NCBI GenBank assembly: GCA_950097015.1
Contig: CATNEN010000039.1
Coordinates: forward strand, 3,348,001-3,412,000
DNA: 64,000 nt
From: Macrostomum hystrix
Lineage: Eukaryota > Animalia > Platyhelminthes
Direction of reading: 5' to 3'
Shown here piece by piece: positions 32,544 to 44,958 of the stretch. Each line of letters opens with the position of its first letter. The stretch's first letter is position 1. The notes under the pieces are model-generated. The model did no database searches. It saw only the letters and a program-made list of their open reading frames with translations, and was not told the DNA's origin. A program made the translations under genes and the position numbers.

Positions 32544-35500
32544 ATGGCCGCAGCTCTGCCAAACACATTTCGGCGCCTGGTCGCCACCAAGTTGACGCAC
32601 AATTTTCGCGAGGCGGTGGAGATCATCAACTGCGAGATGAAGCCGCCGTCAGCTGGTCAGGTGCTGATTAAGACCAAGTGAGGCTGAGGACATGGTTTAG
32701 TGCCCCTCTAATTCACTCGCATGTCACTATAATTTCACTCGCATGTCACTATAATTTCACTCGCATGTCACTATAATTTCACTCGCATGTCACTATAATT
32801 TCACTCGCATGTCACTATAATTTCACTCGCATGTCACTATAATTTCACTCGCATGTCACTATAATTTCACTCGCATGTCACTATAATTTCACTCGCATGT
32901 CACTATAATTTCACTCGCATGTCACTATAATTTCACTCGCATGTCACTATAATCGTCCCCAGATACGCGGGCGTGAACGCCTCTGACATCAACTTCACCG
33001 CCGGGCGGTACAAGCACGCTAGCAAGCCGCCAATCCTTCTTGGCTTCGAAGGTGTCGGCCGAATTGTCCAGCTCGGCGACGGTGTTGGCAGCGGCCTGTC
33101 GGTGGGCCAGCCAGTGGCTTACCTGGCCGACGGCTCGTTCTCGGAGTACCAGTGCCTGCCAGTGGCCTCCGTGTTCCCCGTTCCCGCCCTGCGCCCGGAG
33201 TTCGTGTCCTTGCTGGTCAGCGGCCTGACTGCCCAGCTAGCCCTGGAGAAGGTCGGCCAGTTGAAGTCGGGCGAGACGGTGCTGGTGACGGGAGCCGCAG
33301 GCGGCACCGGACAGTTCGCTGTGCAGCTGGCCAAGCTCCAGGGCTGCCGGGTGCTCGGCACCTGCTCGGGCGAGGCCAAGGCCCGCCTGCTCAGCGCCCT
33401 AGGCTGCGACAGGCCAATCGACTACACCAAGGAGAAGGTGCGACTCTCTCCTGTCTTCTGTCACTCTGTCCAGTCTTCTGTCACTCTGTACAGTCTTCTG
33501 TCACTCTGTACAGTCTTCTGTCTCTCTGTCCAGTCTTCTGTCTCTCTGTCCAGTCTTCTGTCACTCTCTCCTGTCTTCTGTCAGTCTGTCCAGTCTTCTG
33601 TCAGTCTGTACAGTCTTCTGTCACTCTGTACAGTCTTCTGTCACTCTCTCCTGTCTTCTGTCAGTCTGTACAGTCTTCTGTCACTCTGTACAGTCTTCTG
33701 TCACTCTGTACAGTCTTCTGTCACTCTGTCCAGTCTTCTGTCTCTCTGTCCAGTCTTCTGTCACTCTCTCCTGTCTTCTGTCAGTCTGTCCAGTCTTCTG
33801 TCAGTCTGTACAGTCTTCTGTCACTCTGTACAGTCTTCTGTCACTCTCTCCTGTCTTCTGTCAGTCTGTACAGTCTTCTGTCACTCTGTACAGTCTTCTG
33901 TCACTCTGTACAGTCTTCTGTCACTCTGTCCAGTCTTCTGTCTCTCTGTCCAGTCTTCTGTCACTCTCTCCTGTCTTCTGTCAGTCTGTCCAGTCTTCTG
34001 TCAGTCTGTACAGTCTTCTGTCACTCTGTACAGTCTTCTGTCACTCTGTCCTGTCTTCTGTCAGTCTGTACAGTCTTCTGTCACTCTGTACAGTCTTCTG
34101 TCACTCTGTCCTGTCTTCTGTCACTCTGTCCAGTCTTCTGTCACTCTGTACAGTCTTCTGTCACTCTGTCCAGTCTTCTGTCAGTCTGTCCTGTCTTCTG
34201 TCAGTCTGTCCAGTCTTCTGTCACTCTGTCCAGTCTTCTGTCATTCTGTCCAGTCTTCTGTCACTCTGTACAGTCTTCTGTCACTCTGTCCAGTCTTCTG
34301 TCATTCTGTCCTGTCTTCTGTCACTCTGTCCAGTCTTCTGTCACTCTGTCCAGTCTTCTGTCATTCTGTCCAGTCTTCTGTCACTCTGTACAGTCTTCTG
34401 TCACTCTGTCCAGTCTTCTGTCACTCTGTACAGTCTTCTGTCACTCTGTCCAGTCTTCTGTCACTCTGTCCAGTCTTCTGTCACTCTGTACAGTCTTCTG
34501 TCACTCTGTCCAGTCTTCTGTCACTCTGTCCAGTCTTCTGTCACTCTGTCCTGTCTTCTGTCACTCTCTCCTGTCTTCTGTCAGTCTGTCCAGTCTTCTG
34601 TCAGTCTGTACAGTCTTCTGTCACTCTGTACAGTCTTCTGTCACTCTGTCCTGTCTTCTGTCATTCTGTCCTGTCTTCTGTCACTCTGTCCAGTCTTCTG
34701 TCACTCTGTCCAGTCTTCTGTCATTCTGTCCAGTCTTCTGTCACTCTGTACAGTCTTCTGTCACTCTGTCCAGTCTTCTGTCACTCTGTACAGTCTTCTG
34801 TCACTCTGTACAGTCTTCTGTCACTCTGTCCAGTCTTCTGTCACTCTGTCCTGTCTTCTGTCACTCTCTCCTGTCTTCTGTCACTCTGTCCTGTCTTCTG
34901 TCAGTCTGTACAGTCTTCTGTCACTCTGTACAGTCTTCTGTCACTTTGTCCTGTCTTCTGTCACTCTGTCCAGTCTTCTGTCACTCTGTACAGTCTTCTG
35001 TCACTCTGTCCAGTCTTCTGTCAGTCTGTCCTGTCTTCTGTCAGTCTGTCCAGTCTTCTGTCACTCTGCTTATACACAGACACAGCTCTTCATTCGTTTC
35101 TGGAGCTCAGTTTAGCACTTATTTGACACCCAGGCCTTCTTGATCAGTTCTCACTCAGTTTCTCACTCAGTTTCTCACTCAGTAGGGTGGCTAGAAGAAT
35201 GGGTGGGGATGGAAGGGTAGAGCATTGGATAGAAGAGTAGGGTGGATAGACGAATAGGGTGGCTAGAAGAGAAGGGTAGAGTAGGTAAGCCACGGGTCTC
35301 ATCAGTCTCCACTGCCCGTTATCCTCAGGTCGACGAAGTGCTGAAACGCGAATGTCCACGCGGCGTCAACCTCGTCTACGAGGGTGTCGGCGGCCGGATG
35401 TTCGACACGGCTCTGGATGCGCTGGCCACCCACGGCCGCCTGCTGGTGATCGGCTTCATCCAGGGCTACCAGACGGACCAGGGCATGCCGCGGTCGCAGC

Positions 35501-35892
35501 ACCTGGCCACCCTGCCTGCCCGCCTGCTGGTGAAATCCGCCAGCGTGCGCGGCTTCTTCCTGTTCAACTTTGCCAGTGAGCTGCGGTCTGCCTTCGCCAA
35601 GCTGGTGCAACTGCTGGAGGCCGGTCAGCTGCAGGCTGCGGTGGACCTCGGCAGGGACAGCCAGGCGGGCGGCTTCCGCGGCCTCGAGTCGGTGCCGGAC
35701 GCTGTGCAGGTGAGGGAGGGGTAGTTGGAGAATAGAGCATTGTCTGGAGTTAAAGGACTATTTTCAGTTCTACATGAGGCTAATCAAATGAATTTCTTCG
35801 ATTACTCGAATTCCCTGTTGCAGCACCTGTACTCGAAGACCAGCCTCGGCAAGATCGTAGTCGACCTGGACCCGGAAGTGGCCAAGCTGTGA
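32544..35892 (+). CDS. PTGR3: Prostaglandin reductase 3 / zinc-binding ADH domain protein 2 (MDR superfamily), ~352 aa, C-terminal PTS1 (AKL)
   Basis: Exons 32544-32677, 32963-33437, 35329-35709 and 35824-35892. Motifs: NFREAV, YAGVNASDINFTAGRY, GFEGVG, LVSGLTA, VTGAAGGTGQFAVQLAK, GRLLVIGFIQGY, KSASVRGFFL, GKIVV...AKL*. Confidence 0.93.
32709..32953. repeat. 22-bp near-perfect minisatellite, ~11 copies, in PTGR3 intron 1
   Basis: Unit taatttcactcgcatgtcacta. Confidence 0.96.
33443..35068. repeat. 20-bp pyrimidine-rich minisatellite, ~81 copies, in PTGR3 intron 2
   Basis: Unit tcactctgt(c/a)cagtcttctg. Confidence 0.96.
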
Positions 35893-36134
35893 CGCGCTAC
35901 CGGTGCCCCCCATGCCCCAACAGACTTTTTGGATTTGTTCGTTAAACCTGAAAGTTGATCTGAACCTGAACGCGAATTGATTGGTTTTTTGTTTTTATTT
36001 AGAGAATGATTTGTTTTCACTGTATCACAAACTTTGATCAGAGTTCCATCGTTAAAATAAAATTCTCAAATGCTCTCACCAGCCGTCATTGAGTTGTATT
36101 TGTAGCTTCATTGCCAGTTCCAGCCAGAATCGCA

Positions 36135-36878
36135 CCATAGCTAGTATCGCAGCAGGAACCATAGCTAGTATCGCAGCAGGAACCATAGCTAGCATCGCAG
36201 CAGGAACCATAGCTAGTATCGCAGCAGGAACCATAGCTAGTATCGCAGCAGGAACCATAGCTAGTATCGCAGCAGGAACCATAGCTAGTATCGCAGCAGG
36301 AACCGTAGCTAGTATCGCAGCAGGAACCATAGCTAGTATCGCAGAAGGAACCATAGCTAGTATCGCAGCAGGAACCATAGCTAGTATCGCAGCAGGAACC
36401 ATAGCTAGTATCGCAGCAGGAACCAGCTAGTATCGCAGCAGGAACCATAGCTAGTATCGCAGCAGGAACCAGCTAGTATCGCAGAAGGAACCAGCTAGTA
36501 TCGCAGAAGGAACCATAGCTAGTATCGCAGCAGGAACCATAGCTAGTATCGCAGCAGGAACCATAGCTAGTATCGCAGCAGGAACCATAGCTAGTATCGC
36601 AGCAGGAACCATAGCTAGTATCGCAGCAGGTACCATAGCTAGTATCGCAGCAGGAACCATAGCTAGTATCGCAGCAGGAACCATAGCTAGTATCGCAGCA
36701 GGAACCATAGCTAGTATCGCAGCACGAACCAGCTAGTATCGCAGCAGGAACCAGCTAGTATCGCAGCAGGAACCATAGCTAGTATCGCAGCAGGAACCAT
36801 AGCTAGTATCGCAGCAGGAACCATAGCTAGTATCGCAGCAGGAACCATAGCTAGTATCGCAGCAGGAACCAGCTAGTA
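36135..36878. repeat. 24-bp minisatellite, ~31 copies
   Basis: Unit atagctagtatcgcagcaggaacc. Confidence 0.95.
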
Positions 36879-37582
36879 CCTACCTTAAGCTCACTCTATT
36901 TAGTCTGTGCTTAATCGTGCCATCTAATTTACAATAGACTATTTATAGTTTTTTACAGCGGAAATCATCCGCGATAGTAAAGCGAGCATTTTAAATTACC
37001 TAATCAGAATTAGTTCACTATTTTCTCTGACTGCACTGTAAATTAGGTGCTTTGAATGAATTTTTTTATATTGATAATATAGTTCTAGTTATTCGTTTCG
37101 AGTCATAACTCTAAATAAACGAGCTGATAAAAATTTTTGTTCGAATAGAAACGTGGATAAATATTAAATAGCTTTTATTTTTAATTTATTTTTAAATTTT
37201 ATGTCAACTAAAAATATTCTGTTGATGAAAGTTATGAACATACAGACAAAGTGTTTATATATTATAATATCAATATTCTACTTGCATTACTGTAGCATCC
37301 GTTTTCTCCTAGACAAAACAGTTTTCACTTTTCAATCTTCTGCTGATTTAATTTAATGTTCTTAACTACAACTATATCCAACCCACTTTCTCGTAGTTAA
37401 TTATTCAGGCGAATAGAAGAGTAAGTTTATACAAATCATTCAGCGAGACCACGCAATAGACTCGTAGACACAGAAAACGGACAATTCTCATACGCTCGTA
37501 ATTGGCGAGTCACCGCATAAATTCTGCGAAACCTACCAAACCATACTACCGGCAGCCAGCTTTGCCGCTTCACTACCCTTCA

Positions 37583-37785
37583 CACCCACCTCACTCCGCT
37601 TCGCTATCCTTTAAAGCCACCTCACTCCGCTTCGCTGCCCTTTACACGCACCTCACTCCGCTCACTGCCATTTTACACCCACCTCACTCCGCTCACTGCC
37701 ATTTTACACCCACCTCACTCCGCTTCGCTATCCTTTAAAGCCACCTCACTCCGCTTCGCTGCCAGTTACACCCACCTCACTCCAT
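37583..37785. repeat. ~30-bp degenerate tandem repeat downstream of the KChIP-like gene
   Basis: Recurrent cacctcactccgct core. Confidence 0.75.
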
Positions 37786-37891
37786 TTTCCTGTCCTTGAC
37801 ATTGACAAACCTTAATCCATTTCGCTGTTCCTTGCACATATCTCTGCCATGCAACTCCGCCACATTTACTCACTCCCCCTCAGTAAAGTTC

Positions 37892-39433
37892 CTAAATGAG
37901 CGTCTCAAAGCAGGCGAACTCTTTCTCAATGTCCCGGCCGTGGCGACAGGCCACAGCAAACTCGGCCAACGTGACCGAGGCCTCAACGCCTCCTGCCGCC
38001 GCCGTCACTGCGGACTCTTCTGAGCCGCACTCCCGCCCGGACACCAGCAGCATTCGCTTGAACACCATGTCGGCGTGCCCTTGAACGTCGACTGGGGCAA
38101 CTCGCGGCAGAACACTCGGCCCCAGCAGGTCGTAGACGGCCGACACCAGGGCCGCCACCTCGCGCTGGGTCAGGCGGCCGTCCTTGTCCGAGTCGCAGAT
38201 GCGAAATGCCCAGCGAACGCGCTCGTGCGCCTCGCCGCGGCACATCGCCGACAAGGCCAGGACGGCGGCATCGAATGTGACGGCCTCTTCGCCTGGCGGG
38301 AGCAGACTGTTGAACACCAGGTCCGCGTAGGCGGTGGCGTCGCCTAGCGGGAAGAACTGGCAGAAGATTTCTCGGAACGCGTCCCGCTTGACCAGCCCGG
38401 CCGGGCAGTCGTTCTTGAAGCCGCGGTAGAGCCGGCGCAGCTCCTCCCGGCTGAAGCGGGTCCGGCTCGCCAGCTCCGACAGGCGCGACGGTCGGTGGCA
38501 GCGCGGGCGGGCGATGCAGGCGGCGGCTGTCGCGGCTGCAACATTGCTGGCCACAGCGGCTTGGTCGACGGCATTCGGTTGACGGCGTCTACAGGGCAGG
38601 CCGTCTGCCAGTGCGTGGCGTGCGAACTTGCGTGCATTTTAAGCTCCTTTACCTTCCGTGGAATGCTCTTCGTTAAAACAAGTGAATCCTTCACTTTCGC
38701 ACAGGTAAATCAGTACAGGTGAATTCTTCACTTCTTTTTTAGGTTAAATCGTTAAATTCTAAATAGGTGAATCGTTTTCTTACAAACCGGAAAAGTTTTT
38801 ATTTCTAAACTGTTAAATAACGACTGAGCTTTCCACTTCAAACAGGTGAATATCCCACATCCGAACAGGTGATTATCCCACATCCGAACAGGTGAATTCC
38901 CAACATTCGAACAGGTGAATTATCAGCATCCGAACAGTTAAATATCCCACATCCGAACAGGTGAATTCTCAACATCCGAACAGGTGAATTCCCAACATCC
39001 GAACAGGTGAATTCTCAACATCCGAACAGGTGAATTCCCAACATCCGAACAGGTGAATTCCCAACATCCGAACAGGTGAATTCCCAACATCCGAACAGGT
39101 GAATTCCCAACATCCGAACAGGTGAAACTTCTCTATCTCCAAACCTCCTGGCTGCCCCGAATTTTACTTACCGAAGCAGCCGCAGCGCCGCCGTCTCTCT
39201 GAGTCGCCGCTACTCGCTGCCGCCGAGTTTCTCCCGTCCTCGGCTGGCGTCAAGCGTCGCTGCCTCGACTGCGCTAGGATTCGAATCTGCGGCACCAGCG
39301 TCGGCGAGTTTTCGGAGGCCTGCAGATTCCACAGCGGCGTCACATTACGGGACGGCGTCGCCGTGACCGAGGAGGCCAGCAGGCGGCAGCTCTCCAGCTC
39401 CGGGTTCGCCGAGGACTCCACTTCGTTGGCCAT
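37892..39433 (-). CDS. Kv channel-interacting protein (KChIP/calsenilin)-like neuronal calcium sensor, ~324 aa
   Basis: Exon 1 is 39433-39172 (MANEVESS...RRRRCGCF, phase 1, gtaagt donor). Exon 2 is 38604-37892. KChIP-type sequence: HRPSRLSEL..RTRFSREELRRLYRGFKNDCPAG...FFPLGDATAYA, RGEAHERVRWAF, EF3 DSDKDGRLTQRE. The exon-2 acceptor is inferred from phase. Confidence 0.82.
38840..39126. repeat. 23-bp minisatellite in the KChIP-like intron
   Basis: Unit gaacaggtgaattcccaacatcc. Confidence 0.9.
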
Positions 39434-40114
39434 TCGGCTACGCGCTAGTTTCCAGGCATGCGGAGACACAGCACAGCCGCTGCTTCAGCAAAGCCTGGGC
39501 TAGCCGGGCTATTTGAAGCCGCTGCTGCTGGCCCTGCAGCCAGTGGGGTGCAATTGGCGTCCGGCCTGTTCCCCTGGGGCGGCGTCCGCGGGGGCTACCG
39601 CTGACATGGGCGCGCTTTCTAGCCGGGGGGATATTTCTCTTATTCCCTCGCTCTCAAGTTGAGCAAATGCGAGGCTGAAACTTGAGTCGCTCAGCTCACC
39701 CTCCGCCCTCACCCTCCCCTCTTCCTTCTCTCCCTCTCCGTCTCGTATTTTCTAGTTCCAGTTTCTAATTCCCGGGGGCTGTCATTAAAAATGCTGCAAA
39801 GCCGCCACCAGGGCCAGTAGTGCCCACTTGCTTCAGCAGCTATTCCCCGTGGCCTAATTGATTAGTTGCCGCCCGGCCCCCCTTCTCCGCTCCCCGGGGA
39901 AACAATATTGGTGTGCTCACTGGTGTGGCTTTTCTCTTTGAGTGGGAAATGTCAATTTTGTGGCATTCCATGCGTGTGTGATGCGCTTCTGTACCCATTT
40001 CCGCTGCGCTCTGTAATTGGAATTGGCAAATGAGAATTAAAACTATTTGCTATCATCCGTTTGCGAACTTGACTGACAACACCGAGTCGTCATTATTCTA
40101 TTTCTCCTGATTCT

Positions 40115-41746
40115 TCCCATTTCTTCACGTGGCTTATCCTATTAACTCCACTGGCTTATCCCATTTCCTCACCTGGCTCATCCCATTTCCTCACCTGGCT
40201 TATCCCATTTCCTCACCTGGCTAATCCCATTTTCTCACCTGGCTCATCCCATTTCCTCACCTGGCTTATCCCATTTCCTCACCTGGCACATCCCATTTCC
40301 TCACCTGGCTTATCCCATTTCCTCACCTGGCACATCCCATTTCCTCACCTGGCTTATCCCATTTCCTAACCTGGCTTATCCCATTAACTCTCCTGGCTCA
40401 TCTCATTTCTTCGCCTGGCATATCACAATTTTCTCACCTGTCTTATCCTATGTTCTCACCTGTCTTATCCTATGTTCTCACCTGTCTTATCCTATGTTCT
40501 CACCTGTCTTATCCTATGTTCTCACCTGTCTTATCCTATGTTCTCATCTGTCTTATCCTATGTTCTCACCTGTCTTATCCTATGTTCTCACCTGTCTTAT
40601 CCTATGTTCTCATCTGTCTTATCCTATGTTCTCACCTGTCTTATCCTATGTTCTCACCTGTCTTATCCTATGTTCTCATCTGTCTTATCCTATGTTCTCA
40701 CCTGTCTTATCCTATGTTCTCATCTGTCTTATCCTATTATCCCATTTCCTTGCTTATCCCATTTCCTCACCTGACCCATCCCATTTCCTCACCTTGCTTA
40801 TCCCATTTCCTCACCTGGCTTATCCCATTTCCTCACCTGGCACATCCCATTTCCTCACCTGGCTTATCCCATTTCCTCACCTGGCACATCCCATTTCCTC
40901 ACCTGGCTTATCCCATTTCCTAACCTGGCTTATCCCATTAACTCTCCTGGCTCATCTCATTTCTTCGCCTGGCATATCACAATTTTCTCACCTGTCTTAT
41001 CCTATGTTCTCACCTGTCTTATCCTATGTTCTCACCTGTCTTATCCTATGTTCTCACCTGTCTTATCCTATGTTCTCACCTGTCTTATCCTATGTTCTCA
41101 TCTGTCTTATCCTATGTTCTCACCTGTCTTATCCTATGTTCTCACCTGTCTTATCCTATGTTCTCATCTGTCTTATCCTATGTTCTCACCTGTCTTATCC
41201 TATGTTCTCACCTGTCTTATCCTATGTTCTCATCTGTCTTATCCTATGTTCTCACCTGTCTTATCCTATGTTCTCATCTGTCTTATCCTATTATCCCATT
41301 TCCTTGCTTATCCCATTTCCTCACCTGACCCATCCCATTTCCTCACCTTGCTTATCCCATTTCCTCACCTGACCCATCCCATTTCCTCACCTTGCTTATC
41401 CCATTTCCTCACCTGACCCATCCCATTTCCTCACCTTGCTTATCCCATTTCCTCACCTGACCCATCCCATTTCCTCACCTTGCTTATCCCATTTCCTCAC
41501 CTGACCCATCCCATTTCCTCACCTTGCTTATCCCATTTCCTCACCTGACCCATCCCATTTCCTCACCATGCTTATCCCATTTCCTCACCTGACCCATCCC
41601 ATTTCCTCACCTTGCTTATCCCATTTCCTCACCTGACCCATCCCATTTCCTCACCTTGCTTATCCCATTTCCTCACCTGACCCATCCCATTTCCTCACCT
41701 TGCTTATCCCATTTCCTCACCTTGCTTATCCCATTTCCTCACCTGT
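40115..41746. repeat. Composite 22-bp minisatellite with a 554-bp internal duplication and a ~43-bp dimer tract
   Basis: Units cctcacctggcttatcccattt and ctcacctgtcttatcctatgtt. The unique junction at 40367-40440 recurs at 40921-40994. Confidence 0.92.
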
Positions 41747-41960
41747 CTCACTGAGAGGACGCCCGCTTTAACTGCACTGCCCGCAGAGGCAACGTGGCTG
41801 AGAGCGAGCCCTAATCCAATAACGATACAGTCACATGACTTTTAAGATCGGCAAAGGTTTGAGAACCAACTCACAACTCCATTATATCTTTTGCGAACGG
41901 TCACAGTCCATAAATTGTTTTACAAGCGCCAGAACTGCAGGATCCCGGTCTAATGTACTT

Positions 41961-43550
41961 TTACACTGACTGATCGGCGCCGCAGGAGCACCGACAGCGG
42001 CGACACTCTCTGTCATCGGCGCCATCGTCGGCCTGAAATTCCAGAGCTTCGGCGTCGCCCACCTGCAGTGCCGCTGGCGGCTCCTCGCAGGCCACCAGCT
42101 TCCTGGCCTCCTCCTCCTCCACCGCGTCTTCTTCGTTGCTCTGCATCACCACCGGCTGCAGCGGTGTCGGCGGCGCCGGAGGCTGCGTCTGCGACGTCTC
42201 GCAAAGTCGGCCCGGTGTTGCCGGCGCTTGTAACTTGGCGCTGGCTTCGGCAGCGGCGGCGGAGCTTCGCCGGATTTCAACCGAGCAGGCGATCACAGCG
42301 ACGACGGCGTTGGCGGCGGAAGCGCCGAGCATCAGGTGCCAGCCGTGGCCTGGCTGGGCGCGCCAGGCCGCCGCCGCCGCCAACTCTGAGCCAATTCGCG
42401 ACGCAAAAAAGTTGGCGGCTTCTGTGGCCGCGTTGCGAAGCGACGCCGCGGAGGCATGGGAGATGAAGAAGTAGCGGAACAGACAGGTGGAGGCCAGCTG
42501 GCTGGCGGCTGCGGGTTGGCGGCATCGGCTGTTCATTAAATAAACTTTACAAGGACTTTCGCGCAGCCTACTATAAGTAGCCGACACAGTTTATTGCATT
42601 GTTTTTCACACAACCTGCCAGCGAAGCGCAGAGGAACTTGGCCACCTGCAAGCCGCAGCCGCCCAGCTGGTCGAGCATTCGCGAATGGCCGGCCAGCGAG
42701 CTCAGCAGTGCCAGGCAGCTCAGGACAGTGCCCAGGCCTGCCAGCGCGCGAACCAGCCGGATCACTGCGGGCGGTTGAAGTGCAGCTCAGCCTGGGGGAT
42801 CTTTTATCCATTATCCATATCCCAATCCTTATCCTTATCCCTATCCTTATCCTTATCCTTATCCCTATCCTTATCCTTTTCCATTACCCATTATCCTTAT
42901 CCTTATCCTTATTCTTATCCATTACTCATCATCCTTTGATACTCGGAAGCCGCCAAACCCATGAACCGCCATCAAAGGCTCACCTTTGATGAGCCGCCAG
43001 ACCCATGAACTTTTAATAAGCCACCAGGCCCCATTATCCTTTGATCAGCCGCCAAACATTTTATCCTTTGATTAGCCGCCAAACCCGCTTTTATTTGATG
43101 TGCCGCCAAACCTGTTGTCCTTTGATGAGCCGCCAAACCCGTTTTTATTTGATGAGCCGCCAAACCCGTTTTTATTTGATGTGCCGCCAAACCTGTTATC
43201 CTTTGATGACCCGCCAAACCCGTTTTTATTTGATGAGCCGCCAAACCCGTTATCTTTTGAGGAGCAGTCAAACTCATTATTCTTTAATTAGCCGCCCATG
43301 TCATTATCAGTGGATGAGCCGACGACCCCATAATCATTTAATAAGCCGCAGATAAGCCAAGGCTATGTCGCACCCCTAGCAGCTTCTCACCAGCGCAGTT
43401 GCCTTCATAGTCAGCCGAGACTCCAAAGCTTAGCGACTGTCCAGCCCCATTGGCCACGGCGAGTCGCCAGGGGGCGGTGCAGAGACTGGCGGTTGCCAGG
43501 GCGAGTCCCACAATCAGCAGTGCCGACAGGATGAGCTTTGTTGTAGCCAT
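41961..43550 (-). CDS. Divergent four-transmembrane protein, claudin/PMP22/EMP superfamily-like, ~285 aa
   Basis: Exons 43550-43391, 42764-42615 and 42508-41961 (phase 1/1, GT-AG). TM1 is followed by W (LCTAPW). IRLVRAL precedes TM2, TM3 is KFLCASLAAASQLASTCLF, and TM4 is PGHGWHLMLGASAANAVVAVI. An acidic/Pro-rich tail follows. Family call is by pattern only. Confidence 0.6.
42805..43335. repeat. (ttatcc)n hexamer tract plus 27-bp minisatellite in intron 1 of the claudin-like gene
   Basis: ttatcc repeats at 42805-42935; unit gatgagccgccaaacccgtttttattt at 42945-43335. Confidence 0.85.
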
Positions 43551-44589
43551 GTGAATGCTGAAAGTTTGTGAATGCGTGTCTATTTGTGTGTCTATTTGCC
43601 TATCATTAAGCTGCTGACCTAAAGATGATTGTCGATAGGCTCTAAACGATCTTTGATGAGAGCATCAGGGTTAGCAGCCTCAATAAAATAGTGATAATAA
43701 TTGCAGGAGGGCTGCATGCAATGGCACATCATTTGGTGACACTAGACCCAAAGGAGCGAGGAGGCAATTCTGCCGATTTGGCTGACTCCTGAGCACATGC
43801 GCAAACAAATACCGTACGCAGGCACACGCTCATACAGGTGTGTACATCTGCCCTGACTCCCTAATCGTCTGGCAGTGTACACTTCACTGTGTCTTGGAAG
43901 TTGGCCATCAACAGCGTAAATTGCATGACGAGCCCCCGAGCCCCAACTGGAACTATCAATTAAGTAACAGACTTACCTCAGAGGCAGCTTGAAAGAAATC
44001 AGTTCGGCAACTGCCGGCCTCCCTGGTACGAGACAGCTCTACTTGACCATTCACTGGCTGGTCGAACTTTCTACTGCTCTCGGGTATTGCCCCACCCCAG
44101 AGGTCAGGCCTCAGTCCTGCAGTCGCTGATTCGCGATAACCTTGGCTCCAAGACTCCGCCTTCCTCATCCCCTCCAGCCTCCTCTTATCCAGCCATCGGC
44201 CGAGGACAAGCAGGAGCCGCACCACCCTCCGCCTGCTTCGCCCTTAGAGATTTCTCCTTTAACAGTGGGGAAAAATTTTCTCGTCTCGGCGAGAGAAATG
44301 AGCGAACTCGGAGATGTTGGCGCTAGCGGGAGGTAAGAAGAGGGGAAGCCAGAGCCACTTGTAGAATCCCCCCTGTTCCCTAATCCACTGCCTCGTATAA
44401 TTAATTCGACTGACTCCGGCTCAGATGCTGTGGGCTTTACAGAGGCCTAAGGCAGTCATAAGGGCTTGTCCCCCATTTTCTTCCCTGTTTCCTTCTACGA
44501 TCGTACCTCTTCGAGGCGGAGCATTGTGCGGCTTTAACTCGGTCGTTAGATCTCAATTGGTTAGATTATATAAGTTAAGTTAGATTAGA

Positions 44590-44958
44590 GGGGTTGAGGA
44601 CTGAATTGCCGGGTGATTCCAGGGTAGGTTAGGGTGAGGTGTTGAGGACTGAACTGCCGGATGATTCCAGGGTGGGTTAGGGTGAGGTGTTGAGGACTGA
44701 ACTGCCGGATGATTCCAGGGTGGGTTAGGGTGAGGTGTTGAGGGCTGAACTGCCGGGTGATTCCAGGGTGGGTTAGGGTGAGGTGTTGAGGGCTGAACTG
44801 CCGGGTGATTCCAGGGTGGGTTAGGGTGAGGTGTTGAGGACTGAACTGCCGGATGATTCCAGGGTGGGTTAGGGTGAGGTGTTGAGGGCTGAACTGCCGG
44901 GTGATTCCAGGGTGGGTTAGGGTGAGGTGTTGAGGACTGAACTGCCGGGTGATTCCAG
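44590..44958. repeat. 48-bp G-rich minisatellite, ~7.5 copies
   Basis: Unit gggttagggtgaggtgttgagg(a/g)ctgaactgccgg(a/g)tgattccagggt. Confidence 0.92.

Noticed and set aside
32973-35143. 717/663-aa ORFs as a real ADH-repeat fusion protein
   Set aside because: A GT donor at 33438 and the downstream exons give a normal PTGR3; the tail is intronic repeat.
42765-42791. Alternative acceptor at 42791 implying an in-frame TGA (selenocysteine or readthrough)
   Set aside because: A downstream cag acceptor at 42764 gives an open phase-1 join, and I saw no SECIS evidence.
44590-44958. Interstitial telomeric array
   Set aside because: Only one TTAGGG per 48-bp unit, not tandem hexamers.
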